Source: Dictyostelium discoideum
Lineage: Eukaryota
Direction of reading: 5' to 3'
NCBI GenBank assembly: GCA_000004695.1
Contig: CM000152.2
Coordinates: 2,112,001-2,176,000, forward strand
DNA length: 64,000 nt
A program made the translations under genes and the position numbers. Below, one piece after another: positions 27,213 to 41,160 of the stretch. The notes under the pieces were generated by a model that saw only the letters and a program-made list of their open reading frames with translations, searched no databases and had not been told where the DNA came from. Every line of letters begins with the position of its first letter. Position 1 is the first letter of the stretch.

Positions 27213-27937
27213 AAATAAAAAAAAACTACTTACATTCTTTTTCTAAATAAATTGAAATTGATTGAAGTATTTGTTTTGATAATTGTAATTTTTCAGTTGT
27301 TAAAGATAATCTTTCAATGAAATTTTTAGTTGAAATGATTGAAGAGATAATTGAAATTATGATTAATTTTTGTGATGGATTACCAGCTACTGATAAAGTT
27401 TTTAAGAGATCATCGGTAATCATTGATGAGATTAATTTTGTATCTTTTGATCTCTCAATGATTAAAGTAAAAGTTTTCTTTAAGAGTTTACGATTCTCTT
27501 CGATTGAAATGGTTGATTGAATCACTGGTAGCAACATTGGTAATAACATTGATTTCAAAAGTGATGATAAATCAATTACATTGAAATCACTTGAAAGATT
27601 CTCTAAAATGAATATCAAAATTTTGAAAACTTGATCTTGATCTCTCTTGATATGACGTGATAATGGTGGTAATATAATCGATTGTAAATCTTCATTTGTC
27701 AATTGATTAAATAACCTCTTAAAAAATTTATGTTCTTCAATCTTTTGTTGACTACTACCAATAACTGTCTTATTATAAATATTTAATAAATCATTAATTT
27801 TGAATGTATTATCTTGTTCTTTTTGTTTATTTGATTGATCTGTAAAATTTCTAAGTAAAAAATAAACAATAAAAAAACTTTTATTACTTGAATCTTTTGT
27901 AACAATATTTTGATAAAATGTTAAAATTTTATTTTTC

Positions 27938-27976
<39 letters not shown>

Positions 27977-28696
27977 AAATTACAAAAAAAAAAAAATTAA
28001 TATGTATGTTAAAATTTATTATTATTAATTATTATTATTTTTATATTTTATTTTATTTTTACTTACGTTTAAAATTTGATTAAAAATTGGTTGATTATTT
28101 TTCATATGTTGTAAAGTTAATTCACGATATAATAATTCTTGAGCAGCAAATAAGAGTGTAGTTAAATCGGAATTTGATTGAATTTGATCAATGAAATAGT
28201 TTAGTAAAACTAAAGAGAATGACATTAAAGTATTTTGTGGAACATATTTTGATCTTTTATTTGTTGGTAATAATTTCGCTAATCTACCAATCTCTCTAAG
28301 TGTAAATTTGACAATATTTATCTTTAATTCATCGGTCACAAGGCTAGTATTAGTTGCGCTTGAAATATCCTTAAATAATTGCTTTAAAGATTGAACTAAA
28401 CTGAAAATCCATTGTGAATCAGGTCCAATTGAATAACTTGTAAAGTATAAATAGATCAATACTTTTAATTTCTCTTCTAAATCAACTGTTGTTGTTGTTG
28501 TTGTCGTTGTTGCATCATTCTCTTGAGTTGATAATTCGTGTTTACCTATTGAGTTAATTCTTGTTAATGTATTTTTTCTTTCACTCAATTTATTTGATTG
28601 AATTGATTTCTCTAATTCTTTAATTTCACTATAGAAACTGTCTTGTTGTTGCTGATCATCTAAAATAATAGATGATGATGGGTTCTCTTCATTCAT
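20450..28696 (-). CDS. gcn1: GCN1 (eIF2alpha-kinase GCN2 activator; HEAT-repeat protein). Exons 28696-28067, 27936-27234, 27111-20450, about 2,660 aa
   Basis: HEAT repeats run the full length, including ..[54 protein letters not shown].. . The size matches GCN1 (about 2,670 aa). Donors GTAAGT are at 28066 and 27233; acceptors (T)n-aatag and aaag join in phase 0/0 and 1/2. Confidence 0.8.
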
Positions 28697-29799
28697 TTTT
28701 TCGTGTATTGTTAAGGTGGGATGTATATTAATATAATTATAATTTTTGGGGATGGGAAAGGGATGTTTAAAATTATTTAATTATTAACCAAATTTTTTTT
28801 TTTAAGTTGTTAAAATTTAACTTTGGCAACAAAAAAAAAATTGGTTGCTTTAAAAACAAAAAAAAAAGTTTTAAAAGTGTGGTGATTTGAAAAAATATTG
28901 TGAAAAAAAAAAAATTAAATGATTATGTGTTTCTTTTTTTTTTAATCTTTTTTTTTTTTTTTTTTTTTAGGGAATATGTGAGTTGAATGAGTTTGAAATA
29001 CTAAAATATTAAACACAAACAAACAATATAAACTATTTTTTTATTTTTTTTTTTTTTTTTTTAACAAAAAACAAACAATGCAATGTTGTTCTTTTGGTGA
29101 GTGATCAAAAAAAAAAAAAAAAAAAAAAAAAAGGAAAAAAGTGAAAAAAAAAAAAGGAAAAAAGTGAAAAAAAAAAAAATAAAATTTTTTTTTTTTTTTT
29201 GACTTCAAAAAATAAAAAAAAAAATAAAAAAAAATAAAAAAAAAATTGAAGTTTCGTAATTATATATTTGACAAAATAAAATAATTCCTTTATTTTTTAT
29301 TCACAATCAAGTATTTTTAAAATAATAATAAGTTATATATAAAAGTAATTTTTTATACTATTTTATTTACTTGGATCACATTTTTTTACCACTTTTCTTT
29401 TTTTTTTTTTTTATAGTTTAACGCAGCTTATATATTTTAGGTTTGATTATTTATTTTAAAATTATATTCTTTGTGAATCACCATATTGAAAAAACAAATT
29501 GAGAAAAAAAAAATAAAAAAAAAAAAAAAAATATTGATATTATATTAAAAAAAAAAAAAAATGAAATAAGAATAACAAAGCGATGATAAAAATTTTTTTT
29601 TAAAAAAAAAACAATGATAATACAAATATTTTTAGTTAAATAGATTAAGTAAATAAAAAAAATTTTAATTAAATTTAATTAAATTTTTGGAAAAAAAAAA
29701 AAAAAAAAATGAAAAAAAAATAAAAAAAAAAATAAAAATAAAAAAAAAAATGTTTAAAATTAATTTTCAAGAAAAAAAAAATAAAAATAAATCAGTTAT

Positions 29800-29837
<38 letters not shown>

Positions 29838-29938
29838 CATTTTTTATAATTTTTTTTAATAATTTTTTTTTTTTTTTTTATAATTTCTTCTAAAGATAAA
29901 GATAACAATAATATCAATATAAATAATTGTTATCAACG

Positions 29939-30223
29939 ATGATGTTCCAATCAAATCAATATGATGAATACAATAAAACGAATAAGAGTGATGAAGAAAA
30001 CGAAAGTAATGAAAATGAAAATGAAAATGAAAACGAAAATGAAAATAGAAGTGAAGACGGTGATCAAGATAGCGAAGATAGTTTCATCTATGAAGAAGAT
30101 GATGAAGAGGAAGAAGATACACCTAAATTAAGTTTTGGTGCAAAATTTTTGGTATGTGTCACTTTTTTTTTTTTTTTTTTTTTAAAACTTTTAATAATAA
30201 TAATAATAAAATTTACTAATATT

Positions 30224-30263
<40 letters not shown>

Positions 30264-30850
30264 AAAAAGGCAAAACATGGACATATTGAAGGTCAAGGAT
30301 TAGGTAAGGAAAAAGATGGCAGAATTGATTTAATTGAAGTTGATAGATTCCAAAGTACAAAAGGACTTGGATTTGCAGAGAATGATTTACCAGAATTTTA
30401 TAGAGTAACTAAACATATATTAGAGGATGAGGATGTTGATTTTCCATCAAAACAAAGATTTGAATGGATAAGTTGTAATAGTGAAGGTTATAATTTTTGG
30501 GAAGGATTTCCAGTTGATCATACTCTTGTTAAATTTGTTGCTAATGATTCAATAACAGATAAACCAAGAAGAGGTCATTGTTCAGTAGAGTTATTAATGG
30601 AATTAGATCAACATAAAAATGCATTGGATACTTTAGACCCAAATAGATTCTATGTTGCAAGAAAGAAATCAAATCCTTATGAATCAATTAAAGGTTCAAT
30701 CTTTATTAATAGAGCTGCTGTTAAAATGGCAAATATTGATAAATTGGCTGACTTATTAACACCAATTATACCTGTACCTGGTAAACCAGTAAGTATAAAA
30801 TAATAATAAAATAATAATTTATTTTTTTTTTTTTTTTTTTTACTAATTTT

Positions 30851-30891
<41 letters not shown>

Positions 30892-31665
30892 GAGATTTTA
30901 TTTATTTTGGTGATGTTTGTGCAGGACCTGGTGGATTTACAGAATATGTTTATTGGAAGAAAACTAGAGGTGGTAAAATTAAAGGTGAAGAAGGTTTAGA
31001 TTTAGATGATGTTGTAAAAGGATTTGGATTTACAATTAAAGGACAATGTGATTGGAATGTTGAGAAATTTTCAAAACAAATTCCAATTCATAACTTTGTG
31101 AAAGAGTATGGTTTAGATGATACAGGTAACATATTAAAGAGTGAAAATATTAGAGATTTCTCAAGTAAAGTTTTCTATAATACCAATGGATTCGGGTTAC
31201 AATTGTTTTTAGCCGATGGTGGTATAAACACCGATGGTAAGGAGAGTTTACAAGAATTAATGCTTCAACAATTAATTCTTTGTCAAATTTTAACAATGTT
31301 TGAAACTATTGGTAGAGGTGGTAATTTTGTTTGTAAAATTTTCGATACTTTTACTCCATTCACAATTGGTTTACTTTATTTAGTTTATCAACATTTTCAA
31401 TCATTTTCAATTGTTAAACCTTTTACAAGTAGACCTTTAAATTCTGAACGTTATATAATTTGTAAAAATTTCTTATCTTATCGTCCAATGAATATCATTG
31501 ATTTCTTACATTATATAAATTCTTTATTAAATAATAATCAAACAATTTTAGAATTAATTGAAATTAATTCAATGGATCCAAATTTTTTAAGATATATTTT
31601 AGAATCAAATGAATTGTTTGTATTTTTTTATTTTTTTAATTTTATTTTTTTTATTTATTTTACTA

Positions 31666-31705
<40 letters not shown>

Positions 31706-32170
31706 GAATATGTTTAAGACAAATTAAAGCATTTTCTTTATTTAAAAAATATGTTGAAGATATTGAATTACCTCCAATTGATCAAAAAGAAATTAGAGCA
31801 AAATGTTTAGAAGAATGGGGTTTACCAAAAGAAACAAAATATGATATTGAAAATTATCAAAAACATAAAAATAGGCAAAAGCATCACCATAATAATCATA
31901 GTAATAATAATAATAATAATAATAATAGTAATAATAATAATAATAATAATAACCAACACCAACACCAACACCATCAACATCAACATCACCAAAACCAACA
32001 TCAAAATCAATACCAACATCAAAATCAACATAAAAAATATAATAATAATATTAATAATAATAGTAATAATTCATCCCCAAATTCATCACCAAACTTGACT
32101 TCATCACCAAATTTAAATTCACCACCAAATATTAATAATGGTAATAACCACCAAAATAACAATAATAATA

Positions 32171-32258
<88 letters not shown>

Positions 32259-32526
32259 GAATCGTAGATTTATCAGTACAAAATTAGTAAAGAATAATTC
32301 TCAATTTCAACAAAAACCTCCACCACCTCATAGACATATGTCTCCATTACAAATACAACAACAATTTTTACTTCAACAACAAAAAGAGCAACAGCTACTT
32401 CAACAACCACAAAAAGATCAATTACATCAATTACACCAACAACAATCACAATCAGCTTTACCCGATTTCTCTGCTGCCAATTTCATGGAAGCATTATTAA
32501 AGAGAAAAAATGATTCACAACAATAA
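29939..32526 (+). CDS. Cap-specific mRNA (nucleoside-2'-O-)-methyltransferase 1 (CMTR1-like), with a G-patch and an FtsJ/RrmJ methyltransferase. Exons 29939-30151, 30270-30788, 30891-31615, 31707-32526
   Basis: G-patch ..SFGAKFLAKHGHIEGQGLGKEKDGRIDLIEV. SAM-binding FtsJ motif FGDVCAGPGGFTEYVYWKK, with catalytic K/D/K context. A poly-N/His-Gln-rich C-terminal tail. Donors are GTATGT, GTAAGT and GTTTGT; all junctions are in phase. Confidence 0.7.
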
Positions 32527-32686
32527 TATCAAGATATCAAATTTAATGTTTTTTTTTTTTTTTTTTTCAAAAAATAAAAAGAAAAATCTTTGTACAAAAA
32601 TAATAAAAGAGATAATAAAAAATAGTTAAAGAATTCTTATCTTGTATTTAAAGAGTTTTGTGTATATATTTTTTTTTTATTCATTT

Positions 32687-32868
32687 TTATTTTTTTGTTG
32701 ATACAACATACGAATCTAATATTCCGAATGCATTTGATGGGTCGACATTATTTTTAGTTTTGTTTGGGTTATTATTATTATTATTACTACCATTGTTACT
32801 GTTAGTTACTGGAGATTTAATGGTGGTTGTGACAAATTCAAAATCCAGGTTTGATTTACCAGTATTAT

Positions 32869-32902
<34 letters not shown>

Positions 32903-33273
32903 GTTATTATTATTATTATTGTTGTTGTTGTTCAAATTATTGTTAAATCCATTACCAATAGTTGGGCTACTATTCATCTTTGGTAGAGTTGTTGTGTAAA
33001 AGGCAGTTGAAGTATTTGTACTATTATATGCAGTGGTTGTAAATGGTGGGGTTGAGGTTTTAATTGGTGGGGTAGTTGAGGATTTTGTTGGAGTTGGTTG
33101 GAGTGGTGTATTTGGTGATATAATTGCGATTGCATTTGTATCAACTTTAGTATTACTGTTACCTGTGAATGAAATACTTGAAAAATCTAAGTCATCCATT
33201 ATACTTGGTACTTTTTTATCATTAATCTCTGCTTTGCATAGAGGATCTAAATCATCCATTTTCTTACTCTCAC

Positions 33274-33364
<91 letters not shown>

Positions 33365-33654
33365 GTTTGTAATGTTATTGAGGTTGGTGTTATTTATATT
33401 ATTATTGTTTGTGGTGTTATTAATTGATAGTTCACTAAAGAAATCAAAGGATGAGTTATTATTGTTGTTATTATTTGTAGTATTGATATTATTGTGATCC
33501 AAGCCATTAACTTTTTTTTGTTGGTTTGGATTATTGACAGATAAACCACCAAAAATATTTTGATTCTGAGATTGATGTTTTGGTTGATTTGCTTGTGATT
33601 GCGATTGTGATTGTGGCTCTGGTTCATCAAAATTGAATATACTACCAACTTGTG

Positions 33655-33738
<84 letters not shown>

Positions 33739-34029
33739 TGTCATTAATATTATTATTGTTATTATTATTATTATTAAAATTTCTATTTGATCTTTGTTGT
33801 AATTGTTCTTGTTGTTTTAAATATTGTTGATATTGTTCTTGTCTTTCTTTTTCATCCTTTTCATCTTTAATTCTTTGTTGTTCTTTTAGTGATTCTAAAC
33901 TTTTTTCAAAATCAATACCAATCATTCTTAGGATAGATTTTGATTTTTCACGTGGTCCAATATGAGTTGAGGTTGTTAATGTAATTAAATGTGAATGATT
34001 CTTTTTAAAGAAATCCATAACCATACTAC

Positions 34030-34083
<54 letters not shown>

Positions 34084-34372
34084 CATGCTTATCATTACCA
34101 TGATATTGTAATAATTGTTCAATTAATAATAAATATCTTTGTTTAATTTGCCATTTTTTAACAGAATCTATAGAGTAATAAAGTATTGATAATATTGTTT
34201 CAATAGTATCTTTATTACAACTACCATAGAATGATATGAATTTAGAGGTTGAAAGATTACTTAAACTAGTTTCACTTGTACTTGTTCCAATTATATTAAT
34301 AATTGTATTATATTCATTTGTACCTAAATATGGATTATTTGAATCTGTATTTATATCATTTCCATTTATATA

Positions 34373-34419
<47 letters not shown>

Positions 34420-35315
34420 TATTATTATTATTATCATCATTATTATTATTATAATCTATAAAACGAGAACCATCTTTCATTGGCACTAATGATAAATTAT
34501 TATTATCTGTTACTGGAACTGAATCGAAATTAAGTTTTGATTGTTCATTATTAAATATTTTTGAAGGTAATGATTGAATCTTTTGTTTAAATTCATCTAT
34601 TGCAGTTTGTTGTTGTAATGGTGCATTTGTAATTGCACCTGAACTACCAACACCAACCATTGGTCTATGTGTATTACCAATATCATATGATAAATTTGAA
34701 TTACCATGACCTTCATATAAAACTATGTCATTATTATTATTATTGCTGCTGCTGCTGCTGCCATTATAACCATTACCATTATAATGATTATTTACAGAAG
34801 TGACTTCTGAATTTGAAGAATATTGATATAGAATATTTAAAATATCTTGAGACTCTTTTCTAACCAACATGAATGGATTATCACCATGCAATGAATCACT
34901 TCTACCTGAAAAATTTGTACAATTACGTACTTCTGCTAAATTTAATATTAACTCTTGTTTAAATGCTGCGTTACCCTTTAATATTAAATGTTTAATGATT
35001 TTCAATGTCTTTAATTTAACATGTGATGAATTATTCTTTAATCTCTCTTGTAACTTTTTTAAAATATCCATACATTTTTCAAATGATTTATTGGTTTCAT
35101 CTTTTATTATAGATTATTATTATTTATTAATATAATTATAATTATAAATTTTTTTTTTTTTTATTTTTTTATTTTCGTTTTTACCTACTTTGTATATCTA
35201 AAAATAAATAACCAGGTGTTGGTTCAGGTGTATCGACTGTCGCTTTCCCAACAATTGAAAGTACAGAATTTACATTATTTGCAATATTAACTATTAAATT
35301 ATTTACATTATTCAT
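32687..35315 (-). CDS. Tepsin-like ENTH-domain protein (AP-4 accessory-like). Exons 35315-35189 and 35090-32687; extremely poly-N-rich
   Basis: ..TPGYLFLDIQNETNKSFEKCMDILKKLQERLKNNSSHVKLKTLKIIKHLILKGNAAFKQELILNLAEVRNCTNFSGRSDSLHGDNPFMLVRKESQDILNIL resembles the tepsin ENTH (..GKLKVLKILLYLC..GS.F...L.RN...I......F.G..DPLHGN..Y..VR..AQDL). Donor GTAGGT and acceptor aaaag join in phase 1+2. Confidence 0.5.
33240..33390. repeat. (ATT)n microsatellite, about 50 units, encoding poly-Asn on the minus strand in the tepsin-like gene
   Basis: Read directly. Confidence 0.9.
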
Positions 35316-35616
35316 TTTATTTCTTTCTCTTTAATATTAAAAAAAAATATAAAAAAAATGAAAAAAAAAAATAAAAAAAAATAAAGGTGAAAAAAAAAAA
35401 AATAAAAAAAAAAAATATCCCAAAAAATAAAGGTGAAAAAAAAAAAATAAAAATAAAAACTTTTTTTTTATCATCAAACCATTTGGGAAAACGATTCCAT
35501 AAATTAGCTGGAAAATTTGAACCAAAGGTTGGAAATTTTTATTTTTTATTTTTTTTATTTTTAATTTTTTTTTTTTTTAATTGGTTTTAGGTTTATTATT
35601 ATAATTATTTACAATA

Positions 35617-36087
35617 TTAATCATCACTATCATATCTGGATCTTCTTCCTCTGCCTCTGCCTCTTCTGTCATCGTCATCATCATCATAATGATCACTGTC
35701 ATCATCGCTGTGATTTCTATTTTTTCTAAAAGGTGAAGATGAAGAATTAACATTTTTTTCTTCATTTTTAGGTACTGAAGATGATGATAATGGTGATGAA
35801 GCTACATTTGAACTTGTTGTTGTAGTTGTAGTTGTTTCTTCTTTTCTTTTTAATGAATCATTTTCTTCATCATGTTCTCCCTCTTCTTTTTCATTATTAT
35901 TACTATTATTATTATTATTATCATTATTATTTCCAGAGTATTTTCTTTCATTTTCTTTATTTTCATGATTTTTAATTGTAATTTTAATATTTTCTAAATC
36001 CTTTTCTGAATAGGTATCTTTATAATCAATATCGGCATAACTTCTATTATTAGAACTTCTTGATGAATCTATTTGAGAATTATCATG

Positions 36088-36128
<41 letters not shown>

Positions 36129-37527
36129 ATCTTTCTTTTCTTTTGTTATAGTTTGAATCATTATCTTTTTCATCTCTACTGTTATTGTCTGAATATCTAT
36201 TATCCCTATTATCCCTAGCATTGTCTCTATAATCTCTATTATCCCTATAACCTCTATTATCCCTATTATCCCTATAATCTCTATTATCCCTATTGTCCCT
36301 ATATTCTCTACCAAATCTATTACTACCATTTCTATCTTGAGAATATTTTACAGCACCTCTACCCTTTACAGTTCTACCACTTGAATCACTCTGTCTAATT
36401 GGTGAAGTTGATTTTTTATCATATCCTCTTGATGATGATGATGATGATGATAATGGTTTATACCTATCCTTTAATTCATCAATTGAACCACTTCTTGATC
36501 TATCTCTTTTTGATGATGATGATTTTCTATCTTTTGATCTTGATCTCGATCTACCTCTTTTATTTTTATTTTTTTTATTATCATCATCATCGTCATCAGA
36601 ATCAGAATCATCACTATAATCAGAATCATCACTTGATGAACTATATGATCTTTTCCTTTTCTTTTTTCTATCTTTTGATTTTCTTTTTTTCTCTTTTCTT
36701 TTCTTTCTTTTCTTTCTCTTTTTTCTATCTTCTTCAGATGATGATGAATCTGAAGAGTCTGAATCTGAATCTGAATTTTCAGAGTCTGAATCTTTTTTAT
36801 TATTTTGTGAACTTGATTTTAAAACCAATTCACCACAATGAACTATTTTAACATCTGCATATGGTTTATCATTTTGATCTGTTAATAATGAATTTAAAAT
36901 GTCTACAACATTTTGTCCTGAAACTACTTTTCCAAATACACAATGTTTACTTTTTTTTTTTAAAAAAAAAATATTAACATTAGTAATTATATAGTTATAT
37001 ATTATATATTTAATATAATTACCCATCTAAATGTGAAGCAGGTGCAGTTGTAATAAAGAATTGACTTCCATTTGTATTTGGACCAGCATTTGCCATTGAT
37101 AATAAATATGGTTCAGAATGTTTAATTTTAAAGTTTTCATCATCGAATCTTTTACCATAGATTGATTCACCACCTGTACCATTCTTATTTTGAAAATCAC
37201 CACATTGCACCATAAAGTTTTTAATGATACGATGGAATGGTGTTCCTTTATAATGAAGACGAGTTTGTGTAATCTTTGAATATTGTGTACCTAAACATAA
37301 TACTCTAAAATTTTCTGTAGTTTTTGGTGCAACATCATTAAATAATTCAAAAATAATCCTACCAACTTTAATAAAATAAAAAACATTAGTATAAAAAAAA
37401 AAAAAAAAAAGAAAAAAAAAAGAAATAATAATTATAATTATAATTATAAAAGAAAAAAAAAAAATAAATGAAACTTACTAGGTTTACCATCAATTTCGAC
37501 ATCGAAAAATGTTCTTTGGTTAACCAT
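35617..37527 (-). CDS. Cyclophilin-type peptidyl-prolyl isomerase with a C-terminal RS/SR-rich domain (PPIG/SR-cyp-like). Exons 37527-37479, 37365-37023, 36949-35617
   Basis: [16 protein letters not shown]|[91 protein letters not shown]|[18 protein letters not shown].. is a canonical cyclophilin core. It is followed by a 300-aa tail rich in SDS, RKKRK, RSRS and (RDNRDY)n. Donors are GTAAGT and GTAATT, all in phase. Confidence 0.75.
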
Positions 37528-38257
37528 TTTGGTTGTGTTGTGAAAATTTGAAAAATGAAAAAAATAAAAAATAAAAAAAAATAAATATTGAAATTTTTTG
37601 TAAAAATCAATTTAAAAAAAAAGTAATATTAAAATTTTGTTATAATTATTTCCAAACCAAAAAAGTAAATCAATTTAAATCAGGATTATTTGTTTTTTTT
37701 TTTTTAATTTATTTTTCAAACATTCAAATTTAACTTTTGTAAAAAAAAAAAAAAAAAAAATATACAAATTCAACCAAACCAATCTTTTTTTTTTTTTTTT
37801 TTATATTTCACATCATTTTTAAAAAAAAAAATTCAATTCTATCCCTTCATTCCTTAAAATAAATAACAATTATAAAAAACAAATGATAAAAAATTAAATT
37901 CTAAAAATAAAATTTGTTATAAAAAAAAAAAAATTTTAAAAAAACAGAATGTTTACTTTCATTTTTTTTTTTTTTATCATTTTGTGTTCTGTTTAAATAA
38001 AAAAAAAAAAGTTTTTTTTTATTTATTGCCCAAAAGTAAATAAAATATTTTTTTTAATGCACAAATGAAAAAAAAAAAAAAAAAAAAAGTTTTAATGCAT
38101 CAAAAGAAAAAAAACTTGAAGGTCGATTTTTTTTTTCCGGGTTTGAAATAAGTTTTATTCGTGAAAAAGTGAGTTAGGCGAGCATTATAAATTAATAATA
38201 ATATTATTTTTTTTTTTTTTTTTTTTTTTTTTCTTTAATGCATCACAATTAAATAAA

Positions 38258-40187
38258 ATGAAATCAATTAATAAAATAATAATTTTATCAGTTTTACTAT
38301 TTTGTACATTTGTTTGTGGGTATAATGATGAAGACCCCCTTGAAACTTGTATCTTTCCAGTAGGTGGCAATTCATACATTGATTTAACTTTATTAAAAGA
38401 AAAGTAATTTTAATTTATTGTTGTATTAAAAAAAAAAAAAAAAAAAAAAAAATGAAAAAAAAAAAAATTATTAATTTTTAATTTTTAAAATTAGTGCAAA
38501 TGGATATTCATACTCAGTAAATGACTTTGAATATTACTTTTCATTTTGTGAAGATTCATTGTTTTGCAATAAGGAAATGGGTCGCTCTGGAGTTGAAGCC
38601 TGTCAAGTAGGAAAACATGATGCTTTTTCCTATGAATTGGGTAGCACAATGACAGGTGAATATTCAATTAATAAGGAAAAGGGTGGCATGATATTAAGTT
38701 ATAATTCAACCAATAAAGAAACTTGCCAAGATGGTTACTATCGTAGTAATACCTTTTTCTTACAATGTACTCAAAATCAAACATTTTTAGTAACTTCTTT
38801 AACTGAAAACCCACCTTGTCATTATAATTTTGTTATTGAAACTTGTAATTATCATTAATGTATATATTTTTTTCTTTTCTTTATTTTCTTTTCTACTAAC
38901 TTTCTTATTTTTTTTCTTTTCTTTATTTTCTTTATAACTAACTTTTTTTTCTTTCTTTAGCTGCTGCTTGCCAAATTACGCCAACTCCATCGCCAACTCA
39001 ATCACCAACTCCATCACCAACTCAATCACCAACCCAATCACCAACCCAATCACCAACTCCATCACCAACTCCATCACCAACTCCATCACCAACCCAATCA
39101 CCAACCCAATCACCAACCCAATCACCAACACCATCTCCAACTCAATCACCAACTCAATCTCCAACTCCATCACCAACTCCATCACCAACTCCATCCCCAA
39201 CTCCATCCCCAACCCCATCCCCAACTCAATCCCCAACTCAGTCACCAACCCAATCTCCAACTCCATCACCAACTCAATCTCCAACTCCATCTCCAACTCA
39301 ATCCCCAACTCAGTCACCAACCCAATCACCAACTCCATCACCAACTCCATCACCAACCCATTCGCCAACTCAATCTCCAACTCATTCACCAACTCAATCT
39401 CCAACTCATTCACCAACTCAATCACCAACCCATTCACCAACTCAATCACCAACCCATTCGCCAACTCAATCTCCAACCCAATCTCCAACTCAATCTCCAA
39501 CACCAACACCACCAACACCATTACCAATACCAAAATCTTGCATTTTCGAATCTGGAAAAAATTCTTTAGATTTAACTGGTTTAATATCAAATGACTATTA
39601 TGGTCATATTTATTATGATAATTCAACAGATTCAGAATACTTTTTCAATTTCTGTGAAACTGTAAAGTATTGCTCAGATATCGTTAATTCAGATCTTCAA
39701 TCTTGCCAAAAAAAAGGTGCTTATGAATTTGAACTTTCATTTGTGGACTCTGGTAAATATATTTCAACAAGAAAGGGATTGGAATTATATTATAATTCTG
39801 ATCAATATTTATGGTGTAATGGAAATTCTCAAAAATCTACAGTTTATATTATTAACTGTAACCAAAATTACACATTTGAAATTGTTGATTTCGTTAATAG
39901 TGATAACTGCACTTACACCTTCACCATTGAAAGTAGTTATGTTTGTGCTAATTCTAATCCAACACCATCTCCATCTCCGACTATATCCCCAACACCAACT
40001 CCATCACCAATGGAATCATGTATTTTCCCATTTGGACCTACTTCAAATAGCGCTTTAAACCTTTCACCTCTTAAAAATAACACTGATGGTTATATGTATT
40101 ACAATCAACAATTGAATATTCAAGTATGTATTTTTAAAATTGCAATAATTATATTAATGTTTTATATATTTTTATTAAAATTTTTTT

Positions 40188-40221
<34 letters not shown>

Positions 40222-40592
40222 TATAAAAATAGTTTTATTTTGGAATTTGTGAATCAAGTACATTTTGTGAACAATTAACTGGTCAAACTGATGTTGAATC
40301 TTGTGGAGCTACTGGTGCATCAGGTTTTACAGATAGTTATGTGTTTGGATCATTAAACTCATCAACATATTCATTCAATCCTGAAGGAATTACACTTTAT
40401 TATAATTATACTGGTTCTAATTCCCTATGTTCACAATCCAATTATTCATCTGTTTCAATTCAATTTATATGCAGTTCAACTTCTGACTTTAATATAATTA
40501 ATGTTTCTAATGTTGGTGATTGTCAATATTCATTTATCATTCAAACATTTTATGCATGTGTAAGACAATTATCAAAAATTTTAATTAATTGA
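38258..40592 (+). CDS. Secreted protein with three MRH (mannose-6-phosphate receptor homology) domains and a long PT/S mucin-like linker. Exons 38258-38403, 38495-38844, 38961-40123, 40233-40592
   Basis: Signal peptide [21 protein letters not shown]. Three ~140-aa modules each begin C-I-F-(P/E)..(I/L)(D/N)L(T/S).L and end ..C.Y.F.I(E/Q)(T/S)...(A/V)C, with the conserved Cys spacing of MRH/CIMR repeats. Donors GTAATT, GTAATT and GTATGT join in phase 2/1, 1/2 and 0/0. A possible unused donor GTAAGA lies at 40558. Confidence 0.6.
38985..39500 (+). repeat. Coding minisatellite of 12/24-nt units (ccaact(c/ca)a(a/t)c(a/c)) encoding (P-T-[PQH]-S)n, about 170 aa, the linker between MRH domains 1 and 2
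   Basis: Periodic sequence read directly. Confidence 0.85.
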
Positions 40593-40740
40593 AATTAAAT
40601 GTTTAATTTTTAAAAAACTATTAAATAATAAATTCTTTTTGATTTTTTTTGTAAGATTTATTTTATTTTTTATTATTATTATTTTTTTTTTTTTTTAAAG
40701 ATATGTATAAAATATTAATTATTTAATTTTAATTTAAACT

Positions 40741-41160
40741 TTAAAATTGCCCTAGTACAATTTATTAAGTAGAGTCGAGTAAAAGAGCTTTTCATCTTTA
40801 GATGGTTTGTCGATATGCAAATCCACCCAGATGTTATGAATTATTAATTCCAAAATGTTTCTATATGTGAAGGTTCAGGATAGGTCATATTTTACACATT
40901 TATATCCCATTTGTAACAAGATCTCAAAAATATCTTGTTAATACTAATATTTATTTAATTTTATGAAATGTTCTAAACAGAACATTTAAAAATAACTATT
41001 AATATTGAAATAATAATTCAATATTAATTATTACTAACTTAATTTATTTTAATAAATTGTTTCATTTATAATAAACTCACACAATTTAAACTACAATATT
41101 ATATTATTTTAATTTAATTATTATTTTCTCTTTTAATTAAATTATTTTTAATTTTATATT
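40741..41160. other. Non-host-like, palindrome-rich segment of uncertain origin, adjacent to the mobile-element block
   Basis: GC content is above the intergenic background. Short perfect palindromes are present: aacaagatctcaaaaatatcttgtt, aaatgttctaaacagaacattt, atattgaaataataattcaatat. Confidence 0.3.

Noticed and set aside
29927-29938. ORF-track start 'M' at 29927 for CMTR1, and at 27702 for the GCN1 middle exon
   Set aside because: These codons are TTG. The true CMTR1 initiator is the ATG at 29939, and 27702 is internal to an exon that starts at 27936
38968-39626. Highly periodic 12/24-nt array that could superficially resemble a CRISPR or minisatellite locus, with its antisense ORF 38976-39626
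   Set aside because: It is in-frame coding sequence (PT[PQ]S)n linking two MRH domains. It has no spacer/repeat alternation, and this is eukaryotic DNA
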